DNA of 64,000 nucleotides from a virus (lineage: Duplodnaviria > Caudoviricetes): IMG/VR virus record IMGVR_UViG_3300027983_002388; one strand, 5' to 3'. The translations under genes were made by a program, and so were the position numbers. The notes under the pieces are model-generated. The model saw only the letters and a program-made list of their open reading frames with translations, searched no databases and was not told the origin of the DNA. Shown in pieces: positions 1 to 9,888 of the stretch (position 1 is the first letter of the stretch; each line of letters starts with the position of its first letter).

Positions 1-108
1 GACCGACACATCCCAGCCAAGGACGCCTTTTTTGCTTTCTGCGAAAGTAAGAATCGAAAGCCAGTGGTTTTTGAAACAAGGTATGGGACTGGCTTACTTC
101 AAAAATGA
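1..108 (+). CDS. 3' end of an upstream CDS (partial)
   Basis: Frame 1 is open from base 1 to TGA at 106-108 (DRHIPAKDAFFAFCESKNRKPVVFETRYGTGLLQK), ending just before the next gene. Confidence 0.35.
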   Translation, partial: DRHIPAKDAFFAFCESKNRKPVVFETRYGTGLLQK

Positions 109-119
109 AAGGTGATTAA

Positions 120-1283
120 ATGAAAATGAATAAGGATGAGTTAAGAGAATATTTGAATAAGGACATCGAAAGTCTTCGTTCCCTGAATTTCAGTGAGCCG
201 TATATCAAGTCGGTTTCTGAAAATACAAGCAAATGGGCCAATACGGGCCTGTTGGGAGGCATTGGCGATCCACATATTGGTCGCAATGTGGCGACCTTGC
301 TGGAAAACCAGAGGCTGTTTAATGAACAGTGGCCGGGAAATGGGGCAACCCTGATTCCAGAGGGAGCAGAAACCGATATTCCAATGGAACATTGGGCTTC
401 TCAATGGAAAAGGGTTAGTATCCCTGTAATGAGGCGTGTATTTGGTGAGAATTTCATTGGACACCACATAGTGTCTGTGCAGGCCATGAAAAGTGGTCAA
501 GAGAATACTTACTTGATTGGCTTTGATGGTCGCACAATGTCTGGAATGACAGATGCCAACACTCGCCGGTTATCAGTTCAGTGGGATCATCCGATTTGGA
601 AGCAGACTGAAGACGGTGCTAAATACGCTGAATTTAGAGGACAACAATATCACACGGGACTGGACGCAGAAGCCGAAGCGACCTCAGTATTTTCTGAGGC
701 TATTTGTGCTGATTTCAGTCGAGAGATTATTCGAGATTTATCCATAAACGCTGGCAAGTCGGCTGTTGTTGAATACAAGGACGAATCTCATCTTTTATCC
801 ATGGTTGAAGGAATGAGTGCATATATTGCTGCCAAATGTTACAACAAAGAGGCAACCTGGGTTGTTACGAGTCCAACGATTGTGAAGCTGTTGGGAGAAT
901 ATATCGAACCAGCTACAAATCAGTGGGGCAACATCGTAAATATCATTGCCCAAAGAGAAGGCGTCAACAAGATCGGGGTGTTGAATAAAAAGTGGCAATT
1001 GTTCGAGGACTCTACAGCACCAGCGGGGAATATACTGTTGGGGCTTAAAGATCATCGAAATCATTATTTTTCGGGATATGTGTTTGCCCCGTTCTTGCCA
1101 GTGAAGCCGATTCCTTCGTGGAAGACCGACGAACAAGAACAAGCTGGACACGTTTTGGCCCGCTACGGGAAGCGGCTCACCAATCCTGGCTTTTATGGCA
1201 CGATAAAGATTGAGAACTTGCCAGAAGCCACTCCCTTAGAGAAATCGGAAGAGGCCGAAAGCGAGGAACAACATGGGATATGA
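120..1283 (+). CDS. T4 gp23/gp24-like capsid protein paralog
   Basis: Segments resembling gp23: W..TGLL..I.....VATLLENQ, LDAEAE...FSE.I.A...REII, G.LL.G.K......GYVFAPFLP, RYG....NP. Confidence 0.75.
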   Translation: MKMNKDELREYLNKDIESLRSLNFSEPYIKSVSENTSKWANTGLLGGIGDPHIGRNVATLLENQRLFNEQWPGNGATLIPEGAETDIPMEHWASQWKRVSIPVMRRVFGENFIGHHIVSVQAMKSGQENTYLIGFDGRTMSGMTDANTRRLSVQWDHPIWKQTEDGAKYAEFRGQQYHTGLDAEAEATSVFSEAICADFSREIIRDLSINAGKSAVVEYKDESHLLSMVEGMSAYIAAKCYNKEATWVVTSPTIVKLLGEYIEPATNQWGNIVNIIAQREGVNKIGVLNKKWQLFEDSTAPAGNILLGLKDHRNHYFSGYVFAPFLPVKPIPSWKTDEQEQAGHVLARYGKRLTNPGFYGTIKIENLPEATPLEKSEEAESEEQHGI

Positions 1284-2034
1284 AGTAAATTACAAATATC
1301 ACGAACGAATCGAAGGCGATTACAACAAGGAGGAAACCAAGTCCTTCAAGAAGAAAGTCGGCGATCCATTCGAGGATGTTTCATTAGAGAAGTTGGCTGG
1401 TGCTGTTATGGCCCAGCTTGCTCGACGTGACGTTTGGATTGTCGATGTGGAAGTCTTTGAGTTGTCTAAGAAGCCAGTGAGCTTCAAAGAGGCCAAAGGC
1501 GGGATCATCTTGAAAAACAAGAAGTTCAATTTTGATGGTGGCGGTGAAGACGCATCTACCATCATTGTTCAGGACATGATCCAAGCACCACCGCCAGTTC
1601 AATTGCCTCATCAATATGTACAGCTTGCCAATAATGGTCAGCATATGAATATTCAGGGGCAGGCAGCAAACCCCTCTAGGGGAGTGATGCCGCACGAACA
1701 GGGGCAACCTCGTCGCCCCATAGACTGGATGGTATTCTCGCCGGAGCTTCCTCAGATGGCGGAAGTGAAGCAGAAGAACCTCCGATTCACTCCCGAAAAA
1801 AAATATCCAGTGTTCGAGAAGCGAGAAGGCGTTGGTGGGGAAGTGTTTGTGATGATCGACGATACCGGACGGGAACAACTGGTTTCCGACAAATATTTTG
1901 TCCCCGGAAACGTCCAGTTGTTGGCCGATAGAGAGCTTGGTTTCTCTCAAAACCAACAAGAGCGAGAAGGCGGCAAATTATATTGGGGTGGTGCAAACCA
2001 AGAACCCAATATGCCAGAAATCAGACGCCGATAA
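1273..2034 (+). CDS. hypothetical protein
   Basis: 253-aa ORF overlapping the upstream stop and followed by a terminator. Confidence 0.7.
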   Translation: MGYEVNYKYHERIEGDYNKEETKSFKKKVGDPFEDVSLEKLAGAVMAQLARRDVWIVDVEVFELSKKPVSFKEAKGGIILKNKKFNFDGGGEDASTIIVQDMIQAPPPVQLPHQYVQLANNGQHMNIQGQAANPSRGVMPHEQGQPRRPIDWMVFSPELPQMAEVKQKNLRFTPEKKYPVFEKREGVGGEVFVMIDDTGREQLVSDKYFVPGNVQLLADRELGFSQNQQEREGGKLYWGGANQEPNMPEIRRR

Positions 2035-2042
2035 ACAAAAAT

Positions 2043-2069
2043 AAAAGCCCGGAGCAATCCGGGCTTTTT
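2043..2069. terminator. intrinsic terminator, possibly bidirectional
   Basis: AAAAGCCCGGA-GCAA-TCCGGGCTTTT perfect stem with flanking A and T tracts. Confidence 0.8.
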
Positions 2070-2122
2070 CTATTTATCGAACTCCATTATCCTCGTATAC
2101 TTCAAATACCTCGGAGGAAAAT

Positions 2123-2632
2123 ATGGCTAATCAAAAGCAAAAAGAAAAGAAGAAGAAGAATCGTGAACGAATTGCCAAGGTACGGGTCATGTATCGACGT
2201 GAAGTCTTGCGCAAAGAACGTAAGGTCGAAAAAGAAGAACAGCGTAAGTTTGAAGAAGCTCAAACAATTATGCACGGCAAACTGATGCCTGTTATCAGCG
2301 ATCCAGCATTGCTTGCCCAGCGAGAAGCCGCTCATGCTAAAGCCGTTTCAGACAAGCTGAAACAAAATCTTCAGATATTGGAGGCGCTTGAGCAGGAATA
2401 CGAGGCTGAACAAGCTACTCGTGCTGCGATGAATGACAAGCTCGAATCCGAAGGGCATAAGACAATGCGTGAAAAAATGGACGCATTGCACCAGAAGGCT
2501 TTGCACATGACTGGCAAGGCCGAAGCATTGGCTCAAGCGGAGGAAGACTATGCTGCACAGCATACTACATTAGAAGAATCTGCTGCACATCAAAATATTG
2601 AAGAAGAAATTGTTGTAGAGCCGATTATTTAG
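2123..2632 (+). CDS. hypothetical coiled-coil protein
   Basis: GGAGG SD; K/E-rich helical 169-aa ORF. Confidence 0.7.
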   Translation: MANQKQKEKKKKNRERIAKVRVMYRREVLRKERKVEKEEQRKFEEAQTIMHGKLMPVISDPALLAQREAAHAKAVSDKLKQNLQILEALEQEYEAEQATRAAMNDKLESEGHKTMREKMDALHQKALHMTGKAEALAQAEEDYAAQHTTLEESAAHQNIEEEIVVEPII

Positions 2633-2779
2633 AAATCTTTTCAGCAAACATAAAAAAAAAACTAAAGCTATTGAGTCTTCCGCCGATATAGCTTACAACA
2701 TCACTCAACGAACGACGAAGACTGTTAACTGTAACTTTCCAAGACGTTCACAACTATCAAAACGACTAAGGAGCTAACT

Positions 2780-3775
2780 GTGGCAACTGAATTTGAAGGA
2801 CTTGATTTATCGGAGATGCAACACGAGTACGAGCGGGTCAATGCCGAGCCGGGCGCTTTCGGCGGCGATGACTTCCTCGAAAAGTTCGTGCGTCTTCCAG
2901 AGCGTGACGGATATACGATCATGCGTATTCTGCCCCGTAAAAAGGGTGGCGGTAAGCATTATTGTGCAACCCGTGTTCACACGCTTTCTAACCCTACCAC
3001 CAAGAAGAAGAGAACCTATCACTGCCCGAAGGTTCTTGTGAAAACGGACAAGGGTGATCGTTGGCAGGGCGAGTGCATCATCTGTAAGTATTACAGTGAT
3101 CTCTGGCAGAAGTCCGAGAACCTGAGCGGCAAGGCTCAAGAAGACTTGCAGAATCAGGCACGGGCCATCAAGCCGGTCGAACGATACTACTACAACGTGA
3201 TCGTTCGTTCTGATAAAGACTTCAAGACTGGTGAAGTCAAGAAGAATGTCGGACCCAAGATTTACTCTTGCGGTAAGACAGTTCACGCCAAGATCATGCG
3301 GGCTATTGTTGGCGATAAGACCGCTGGCGAAGCAGGTCTTGGTGACATCACTCATCCGATGACTGGTCGTGACTTCCGAGTTGTGAAAAAGGTCGTCAAG
3401 GGTGGTGGCGGTGCTGAATATCCAAACTACGATAACTCGAAGTTTGAAGACGTGGCTCCCGCTGGTTCGCTGGATGAATTGTCAACTTGGATTGAAAACC
3501 TTCATGACGTTCACGCACTTCGGGCGTTGAAGAGTGAAGACGAATTGAAGCACGCTCTCCGTGTCCACTTGGGCATGGTTAAAGAGGGCGAGTCTCAAGA
3601 CGACGACTTGAACGAGTTCCGTAACGCTGGTCACACGGCATCTGCCCCTTCGACCGCATCGGAGTCTGTTCGTGAAGAATTGACCGTTAGCAGCAGCCCC
3701 GCCGCTTCTGAAAGCAAGGGTGGAGAAGAAATTCTCGCTGACGACGATTTCATGAAAGAACTCGAAGGTATGTAA
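2780..3775 (+). CDS. single-stranded DNA-binding protein, T4 gp32-like
   Basis: MRILP, YHCP...CIIC zinc site, YYYNVIV, GRDF, YDNSKF and acidic tail ADDDFMKELEGM; AAGGAG SD before GTG. Confidence 0.85.
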   Translation: MATEFEGLDLSEMQHEYERVNAEPGAFGGDDFLEKFVRLPERDGYTIMRILPRKKGGGKHYCATRVHTLSNPTTKKKRTYHCPKVLVKTDKGDRWQGECIICKYYSDLWQKSENLSGKAQEDLQNQARAIKPVERYYYNVIVRSDKDFKTGEVKKNVGPKIYSCGKTVHAKIMRAIVGDKTAGEAGLGDITHPMTGRDFRVVKKVVKGGGGAEYPNYDNSKFEDVAPAGSLDELSTWIENLHDVHALRALKSEDELKHALRVHLGMVKEGESQDDDLNEFRNAGHTASAPSTASESVREELTVSSSPAASESKGGEEILADDDFMKELEGM

Positions 3776-3791
3776 CCTTCCGTTCCACTGG

Positions 3792-3826
3792 ACCATCCAG
3801 GGCGTAAAAACCCTGGATGGTTTTTT
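3792..3826 (+). terminator. intrinsic terminator
   Basis: ACCATCCAGGG-loop-CCCTGGATGGT followed by a T tract. Confidence 0.8.
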
Positions 3827-3842
3827 CTTGAGTTTTCAATTT

Positions 3843-3867
3843 TAAGAATAGTGCCTTCCACTGGCAC
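3843..3867. promoter_or_regulatory. conserved dyad motif, copy 1 (upstream of recA)
   Basis: TAAGAATAGTGCCTTCCACTGGCAC; matches 49949-49973 at 22 of 25 positions; GTGCC-N7-GGCAC inverted repeat. Confidence 0.6.
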
Positions 3868-3877
3868 AGAGGTTCAA

Positions 3878-5119
3878 ATGGCAAAGAAGAAAGCTGCTGC
3901 GAGCGGTGGTGGTGTTGACGATGATTTTTTCGAGACACTAGCCGAAGAAACAGGCGGTGATGTTCTCGATACAATCGACAGTGTGAAATATTTTGTCGAT
4001 ACCGGCTCACTCGCTATCAATTATATTTGTTCTGGTCAGTTCATTACAGGAGGCATCCCTGGTGGCAAACTGACAGAAATTTACGGTCCCAATTCATCTT
4101 CCAAGTCATTGCTTGGTGCGAACATATTGTTTGGCACACAACGAGCGAAGGGCATTGCGGTTTTGATGGACTGTGAGAACTCTGCAAATAAAGAGTTCAT
4201 TCAACAAGCCTCTCACTGTAACCTCAAGCGTATTGTGCGTCATACTCCACAATCGTTAGAACAGGTTTTCACCAAAATGTACAAGGTGATTGAGAAGGCT
4301 CGTGAAAAGATTCCGATGGAAGTTCCCATCGTGATTGTTTACGATTCAATTGGTGTGTCGCCCTCTGAGCGTGAGTTGAGGGAAGTGGCATTGCCAGAAG
4401 AGTATACTGCTGCTGACTTCAAGCGAATTGTTGGTGGGCATGAACAGCCGGGCGAACGTGCTAAGATTTGTTCTCGTGAGTTCCGCAAACTGAACACCGT
4501 GATGGAGAAGAACAACGCTACGGTTGTCATCCTGAACCAGACTCGTGCCAAGATCGGCGGCTATGCCCCTATGGGACAGCAGGCGTTAACCACGGCTGGT
4601 GGCGGCAACGCACTTCCTTTCTATGCTTCCTGTCGTCTTGAAACGAAGACGCAGATGAAGATCGAAAAGAAGATCACAGCCAAGAAGAAAAAGATTCTCG
4701 GCATCAATGTGAAGCTGAAGAATGTCAAGAACAAGACTCACCGGCCCTTTGTCGAGTCGGAGAACATTCAGTTGTTGTTCGACAAAGGCATCAACCCCCT
4801 CAGCGGTCTGCTAAGTTGTTTGCTGGATGCAGAACGAATTGAGATCAAAGGCGCTGGAAACTTTGTAGTCAAAGAGCCTTGGGCCGGTGGGTCTGAAATC
4901 AAGTTTAAGGCCAGCCTGGAACGCAATGACCTTCCTGCTGAAATCTTGATGCAATGTCCAGGTTTGATCGACGCCATTTCAGCGGAACAGATCAAGGATT
5001 ACCTGGAGCCATTTCAAGAGTCTATCAATTTCCGACCTGAAGACAACGCCGACATTGAATTGAACGATGTATTGAGCGATGATGACGACGAGGATATTGA
5101 TGGGGAACTGGAAGGTTAA
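3878..5119 (+). CDS. recA: RecA/UvsX recombinase
   Basis: VDTGSLAIN, GIPGGKLTEIYGPNSSSKS (Walker A), IVYDS (Walker B), VILNQ, GGNALPFYASCRL; ATG at 3878 after AGAGG. Confidence 0.9.
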   Translation: MAKKKAAASGGGVDDDFFETLAEETGGDVLDTIDSVKYFVDTGSLAINYICSGQFITGGIPGGKLTEIYGPNSSSKSLLGANILFGTQRAKGIAVLMDCENSANKEFIQQASHCNLKRIVRHTPQSLEQVFTKMYKVIEKAREKIPMEVPIVIVYDSIGVSPSERELREVALPEEYTAADFKRIVGGHEQPGERAKICSREFRKLNTVMEKNNATVVILNQTRAKIGGYAPMGQQALTTAGGGNALPFYASCRLETKTQMKIEKKITAKKKKILGINVKLKNVKNKTHRPFVESENIQLLFDKGINPLSGLLSCLLDAERIEIKGAGNFVVKEPWAGGSEIKFKASLERNDLPAEILMQCPGLIDAISAEQIKDYLEPFQESINFRPEDNADIELNDVLSDDDDEDIDGELEG

Positions 5120-6168
5120 GATTCGATAAGAGCCGCCGTAAACGGGCCGGTTTTAAGCTGGTGATGTCGGTGATTGTAGATTGTGACATCATTTGATCCA
5201 CTGGTAGCTTCAAAAACTATCAGTGGATAATTTTGCGCCATGTCTTCCAAATAAAAAGTCAATTTGCCATCACTGGTCGCAGACCATAGGCCGATTGACT
5301 TTTTATGATTGTTGTGAATGAATATTTCTTCAATGATATTATTTGGACTAAGAGTTATCCACTTTTTATGGTCTGGACAAGACCAAATTAGAGACATATC
5401 TTTGTAAGTTGATTCTTGTTCTGGAGTCATAGACTCCAGCCAGTTCATTACGCAAGGGTTTTTATCTCTAGCGACCCAATGGATGTGATTGAAGTGTCCG
5501 TGAAGTTCTGAAAATTTAGTAAGCTCTGGACGCACAGTAAGAAACTTGACAGTTGTTGGATGGATTTTTTCCATGCGAGCGCAGAAGCACAATCCGTGAT
5601 CCCCATATCCTTCAGGTATTTGTTTTCTTAATTTGAAATACTGTTTAGCTTTTTCATTGTTTAGAATTCGTTTCATTGCCGCATTGCTTGTCACGGACAT
5701 CTCGTATTCGTGTGGCGGTGTGTCTTCAGGAAAACGATACCAATGATTAAACCCTAATTTTTCCAGCATATGTCTTTCGACAGGTTGGACATCCCAATTT
5801 AATTCGCCAGTAAGATGATATTCTCTTTCGTGGTCAAAGAACAACTCAAGGTTTTTCATTAGTCCACTAATGTCATTCATGCTGTCTTCATCGACCCGAT
5901 AGTACCATTTAGCTGTATCAGGCTTTGCTATTGCGTCGTAGTAATGGTGGATTCTTTGGGCGACGTGTTTGTAAGGTGTGAGGACAATTTCTACATCGAC
6001 TCCATCTGGCCAACCACCTTCAAACACTTTTACGTCATTATTATGGGCAGCAGCCAAAACGAGTTTGACTTTGTAATTGCCAATATTTCTGATTCCCCAT
6101 TTCTTGAAATCCACAAATCGTTGAACCAATTCGCTTTCAGCAGGAACGAGCATTTCGATATCGTACAT
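5116..6168 (-). CDS. putative glycosyltransferase (GT-A, Fringe/GT31-like)
   Basis: WYYRVDEDS DxD-like motif and downstream GDHGLCFC. Confidence 0.4.
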   Translation of the reverse strand: MYDIEMLVPAESELVQRFVDFKKWGIRNIGNYKVKLVLAAAHNNDVKVFEGGWPDGVDVEIVLTPYKHVAQRIHHYYDAIAKPDTAKWYYRVDEDSMNDISGLMKNLELFFDHEREYHLTGELNWDVQPVERHMLEKLGFNHWYRFPEDTPPHEYEMSVTSNAAMKRILNNEKAKQYFKLRKQIPEGYGDHGLCFCARMEKIHPTTVKFLTVRPELTKFSELHGHFNHIHWVARDKNPCVMNWLESMTPEQESTYKDMSLIWSCPDHKKWITLSPNNIIEEIFIHNNHKKSIGLWSATSDGKLTFYLEDMAQNYPLIVFEATSGSNDVTIYNHRHHQLKTGPFTAALIES

Positions 6169-6630
6169 TTAATTTACCTTATATTGTCCTGCGCCTAATT
6201 TCAAGAATTTGAACCCTTCTTTTTCGAGTTCAGATTTCACACGACGCACATGATTACAGAGTGCAGCGTCGGTCAATTTATATCGTTTGAATTTCTTTTT
6301 CAATTCTTTGAGCGACACGGTGTTCCGATTTTGGAATTGCTCATTAACGTACTTCTTTACCTTGTCGGCAACACGCAGTATTTCAGCACGAGATCGTCCT
6401 TCTGTGGACATTTTCGTTTCGATTATTTCGTATTGTACGTTTGATTTTTTGTAGCCCGGATCGCAGATCGCCGGGGCAAGTTCTTCAAGCTCTAAAACAG
6501 AGCCTTCTTCCAATTTGACTATTGAGATTTCGGCACTGAATGCTTTGGAAAACTCAATGAGTTGAATGAAATTCTTTTCGTGGGTGAAGAACTTTCGTTT
6601 GTCCTTCGTTTCGATGAGTAGGCACTTCAT
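6169..6630 (-). CDS. hypothetical protein, possible C-terminal DNA-binding helices
   Basis: 153-aa ORF with GGAG SD and basic C-terminus. Confidence 0.55.
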   Translation of the reverse strand: MKCLLIETKDKRKFFTHEKNFIQLIEFSKAFSAEISIVKLEEGSVLELEELAPAICDPGYKKSNVQYEIIETKMSTEGRSRAEILRVADKVKKYVNEQFQNRNTVSLKELKKKFKRYKLTDAALCNHVRRVKSELEKEGFKFLKLGAGQYKVN

Positions 6631-6704
6631 AAAAAACTCCTTGTAGTTAAATTATATCTCCGACTCAGCAATCCTGGTGTTTGGATAATATAATTATCGT
6701 ATAA

Positions 6705-7751
6705 TTGAGGATAAAGCGCATGAACTCACCCAAAGAAACATTGAATTTGAACTACTTTCGCAGGTTCGGCGTCGAGATTGAGATTAACTCTTTCGATGGC
6801 CGCAACCGACCCATTGGTCACGAGGACGGTATTCTGCCAGAAGGCATTCAATACATAGGAAACCTTGTTCAGAAGCTCTCTGAAGAGAAGGTTTTAATCC
6901 GCAAGTGGGGTAACGACCACCATAATGATGTGTGGATAGTTAAGCCAGATGGAAGTTGTGGTATAGAGGTCTGTACGCCCGTAATGAAGGGATGGAATGG
7001 GGTGGTGCGTACTTGCAAGGTCATTGATGGCTTTAGCAAAGACCTAAAAATAGTATCAGATACCCGTTGTTCATTTCATATCCACGTTGATGTTTCGGAC
7101 CTAACAGAACCTCAGTTGGCCAGTGTCATTTCCTGGTGGATCAAATGCGAACCCGTTTTTTTAGACTCGGTTCCTGCCCGCAGAAAGAAAAATCAATATT
7201 GCCAGTTCCTTGGTGAAATGGATATATTTGATGATATTGAAGATGGTCTGATGCCTGCCGAACTTTTGCTGAAAAAGGTGGGGCATTGCAAGTATTACAC
7301 CATCAACACTTTCCACTATCAGAACAAAAAGAGAAAGACCATTGAATTCCGCATCATGGACAATGCGTGTTGTTTGGACCCGTGGATGGCAAAGAATTGG
7401 ATCAGGATGGTTTTGCACTTTGTTGAGCGGGCTGCGTCACGAGGGTTGCCAGCCCCATTTGAGATGGGCAATAAATGGTCAGGCTATTGTTGGCTCGATC
7501 CTTTTGATGTGTTTGATTTTCTGGGATTCACACCCGGTCAATATGAAATATCTCCAGGTTTGCGACAAGTTCGATCCTGGTTTGTTTCCAGATTACATTC
7601 TCAATCAAAAAACACGGGGTTGAGGGGAGTGATGAGCGATAAAGGTCGCAGAGTATCTCATGGTCAAATTGACCAATTGTATGCTCTTTTTGCTCCACAA
7701 GAATCGGCTGTTTCGGAAGATGAGATATACAGTGAGAACTTTCGTATTTAG
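6705..7751 (+). CDS. putative amidoligase (COOH-NH2 ligase, Amidoligase_2-like)
   Basis: RFGVEIE, W.VKPDGS, IEVCTP, CSFHIHVD and TIEFR motifs. Confidence 0.75.
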   Translation: MRIKRMNSPKETLNLNYFRRFGVEIEINSFDGRNRPIGHEDGILPEGIQYIGNLVQKLSEEKVLIRKWGNDHHNDVWIVKPDGSCGIEVCTPVMKGWNGVVRTCKVIDGFSKDLKIVSDTRCSFHIHVDVSDLTEPQLASVISWWIKCEPVFLDSVPARRKKNQYCQFLGEMDIFDDIEDGLMPAELLLKKVGHCKYYTINTFHYQNKKRKTIEFRIMDNACCLDPWMAKNWIRMVLHFVERAASRGLPAPFEMGNKWSGYCWLDPFDVFDFLGFTPGQYEISPGLRQVRSWFVSRLHSQSKNTGLRGVMSDKGRRVSHGQIDQLYALFAPQESAVSEDEIYSENFRI

Positions 7752-7794
7752 CGAATATATAAGGCAGGGAATTCCCTGAACGAAGGTTTGCTAT

Positions 7795-8259
7795 ATGTTC
7801 TACAAGGAATCAAAACTCGAAGATATTATCGAAGGCATGAGGGCCTTGGGCGATATGTTAATTCCATATAACTTCCCGAAAGCACCGCCGCCCACAATGG
7901 AGGATGATTTGGCCATTTTCAAACAACGAGAAGCCATTATTGACGGTTATCCCATCATGCTTCACTATCAAAAAGCTGATTACGATAAACATCTAATGGA
8001 AACTCTCCAGATTTACGGCAAGAGCAGTCCCTTTTTACCCTTCAACTTGATCTGCAATTTGGCGAAGAGGTTTTTGGGTCCGCATCATTTATCGTTGGTG
8101 GAGATATTCAAGGACAATCGAAAAATATATATTTGGTCTGCATGTGTTGATCGTCGAGGTCGTCCGATTCCTACTCCATTTGAAATGGAAACTGAGGAGT
8201 GTGAATTTGAAGGCTTGGATTATTTGTATATGCAACCTAGTCAGGTGAACTTTTACTAA
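7795..8259 (+). CDS. hypothetical protein
   Basis: 154-aa ORF abutting the next gene. Confidence 0.65.
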   Translation: MFYKESKLEDIIEGMRALGDMLIPYNFPKAPPPTMEDDLAIFKQREAIIDGYPIMLHYQKADYDKHLMETLQIYGKSSPFLPFNLICNLAKRFLGPHHLSLVEIFKDNRKIYIWSACVDRRGRPIPTPFEMETEECEFEGLDYLYMQPSQVNFY

Positions 8260-9165
8260 ATGTATAAACTATTGCTGATCGGTTGTTTCACCCCTTGGCG
8301 AACATACACGAGTTGCGAATTTTTTAGTAAAGAATTGTCCGATAGATTTTCTAAATTGCCCCATGTGCAGTTTTTCACTCAGCATTTTACTGAGACGACT
8401 TGTCCAGAAGTAGATGTTGTTTTAGTTCATTCTTACACTGGTTTTCCGCCAGTGGCAAACATCCCTCACTTCAAGAAAAATGCCAAGAAGGTTGTTTACT
8501 TCATGGAGCAAGGGATCGAAGCTCCAGGCTTCGATCATTACTACTATTACGACCGATATTTTAAGACTAAGAATAAGGCTCCAGGAACCTTCATTAAGAT
8601 TCCATTGGTCAAGAAATACTATGGTGATAGTTTTTTACCAAAAGAGCCAGGGTCAATTCTTTTAGATCATGACTACCAGCAATTTAGAGACTACAAACAT
8701 CCGGGTTGGGATTGGAATGAAAGGTTGTGGGATTTTTTCTTGAAGCATCAAGATCGCTACGGTCAAATATATCAACTGGAGCGTGGCGACGTGGTTCGAC
8801 CTAGCTTCATTAAAACAATTCCCATGAAGGATGCTCAAGAATATTTGGATTCAACAGCTAAGTTTGAAACTTTCATCTCAACTCATGCGGGAAGTTACAA
8901 TCACACATTGGTTGATATGGCAGTCAGAGGTTCCCGCATCATTGTCCCTTGGAGTCCACTCACACATCAAAAATATTTCGTTCCAGAATGTTTAATTTCT
9001 GATTTAGATATGACTGTCATTCGTGACGTGGATGAATTAACTACAGCGTTAAACGTCAAGTCGGTCTGCGAGTCTAAATTGGATAGAGCCACTGACTTAG
9101 ATGAAGTGGTCACTCTCATGGATAGGGACTTCAAATCGTGGACCAAGAGAATCATCTTGTCTTAA
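8260..9165 (+). CDS. hypothetical protein, possibly GT-B glycosyltransferase-like
   Basis: 301-aa ORF; C-terminal ...LVDMAVRGSRIIVP resembles GT-B C-termini. Confidence 0.5.
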   Translation: MYKLLLIGCFTPWRTYTSCEFFSKELSDRFSKLPHVQFFTQHFTETTCPEVDVVLVHSYTGFPPVANIPHFKKNAKKVVYFMEQGIEAPGFDHYYYYDRYFKTKNKAPGTFIKIPLVKKYYGDSFLPKEPGSILLDHDYQQFRDYKHPGWDWNERLWDFFLKHQDRYGQIYQLERGDVVRPSFIKTIPMKDAQEYLDSTAKFETFISTHAGSYNHTLVDMAVRGSRIIVPWSPLTHQKYFVPECLISDLDMTVIRDVDELTTALNVKSVCESKLDRATDLDEVVTLMDRDFKSWTKRIILS

Positions 9166-9569
9166 ATGGTTTTGGTGTTTCCCAAAGTAATGTGGAATAC
9201 TTTTTGGTAGGAATTCGGGGGCCTCGTATATTCGCTTGACACTGGCAGACCTAGTTCAACTCTGATTTCTTCCAGGCGAGTGCTGAAGGCGTTGATCCAC
9301 CAATACACCCGACCATTATGGATGTAATTGTTGTATTCAAACTCGACCTGTTCACCCTCGTATTTGCCCCAATGTTCCATCTTGATTGAATGCTCGTAAC
9401 GCACAACAGAGATGTGCGGAGCATATCGTTGGGGATTGAGAATGATGTACTTTGGGATCATCTCACGACAAAAAGAGGCGATGCCAGGATCAACCTCAAG
9501 GATGAGCTTGAATCCAACATCGCCTGCATGACTGTATCGAAGTGTTCCGTTACTCTTGTGTAGCAGCAT
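9162..9569 (-). CDS. 2H phosphoesterase
   Basis: Two HxS/T motifs, APHISVV and FHITLG. Confidence 0.7.
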   Translation of the reverse strand: MLLHKSNGTLRYSHAGDVGFKLILEVDPGIASFCREMIPKYIILNPQRYAPHISVVRYEHSIKMEHWGKYEGEQVEFEYNNYIHNGRVYWWINAFSTRLEEIRVELGLPVSSEYTRPPNSYQKVFHITLGNTKTI

Positions 9570-9888
9570 CCCAAAACTCTTCGGCTTTTGACAACGATCT
9601 CATCATGTTTTTTGCGCCCACAGGATTCTTAGAATGCACTGCCCAAGTCAGTCGTGGCAGCGTTCCATGAAACGCTTGTTCTTCAATCCAATTGGCAACA
9701 TCCATGCCTGTGCCAGCGCTTGGCGGTCCAAGATCATGATCCAGAGAGATAAACGTAACTCGACCCTGCTTCAGATGGTAAATTGCCACATCAGCGGTTT
9801 TTACCCACGTTTCGTCACCCTCGGACCCAAAAAGGCTTTGAATTTTTGGGTCACGAGGATCACGTTCATCGTCCAGCCACAACTTCAT
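9550..9888 (-). CDS. cyclic-phosphate-processing receiver-domain protein
   Basis: MKLWLDDERDP, ISLDHDLG, GMDVANWI and VHSKNPVG; GGAGG SD before ATG at 9888. Confidence 0.75.
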   Translation of the reverse strand: MKLWLDDERDPRDPKIQSLFGSEGDETWVKTADVAIYHLKQGRVTFISLDHDLGPPSAGTGMDVANWIEEQAFHGTLPRLTWAVHSKNPVGAKNMMRSLSKAEEFWDAATQE

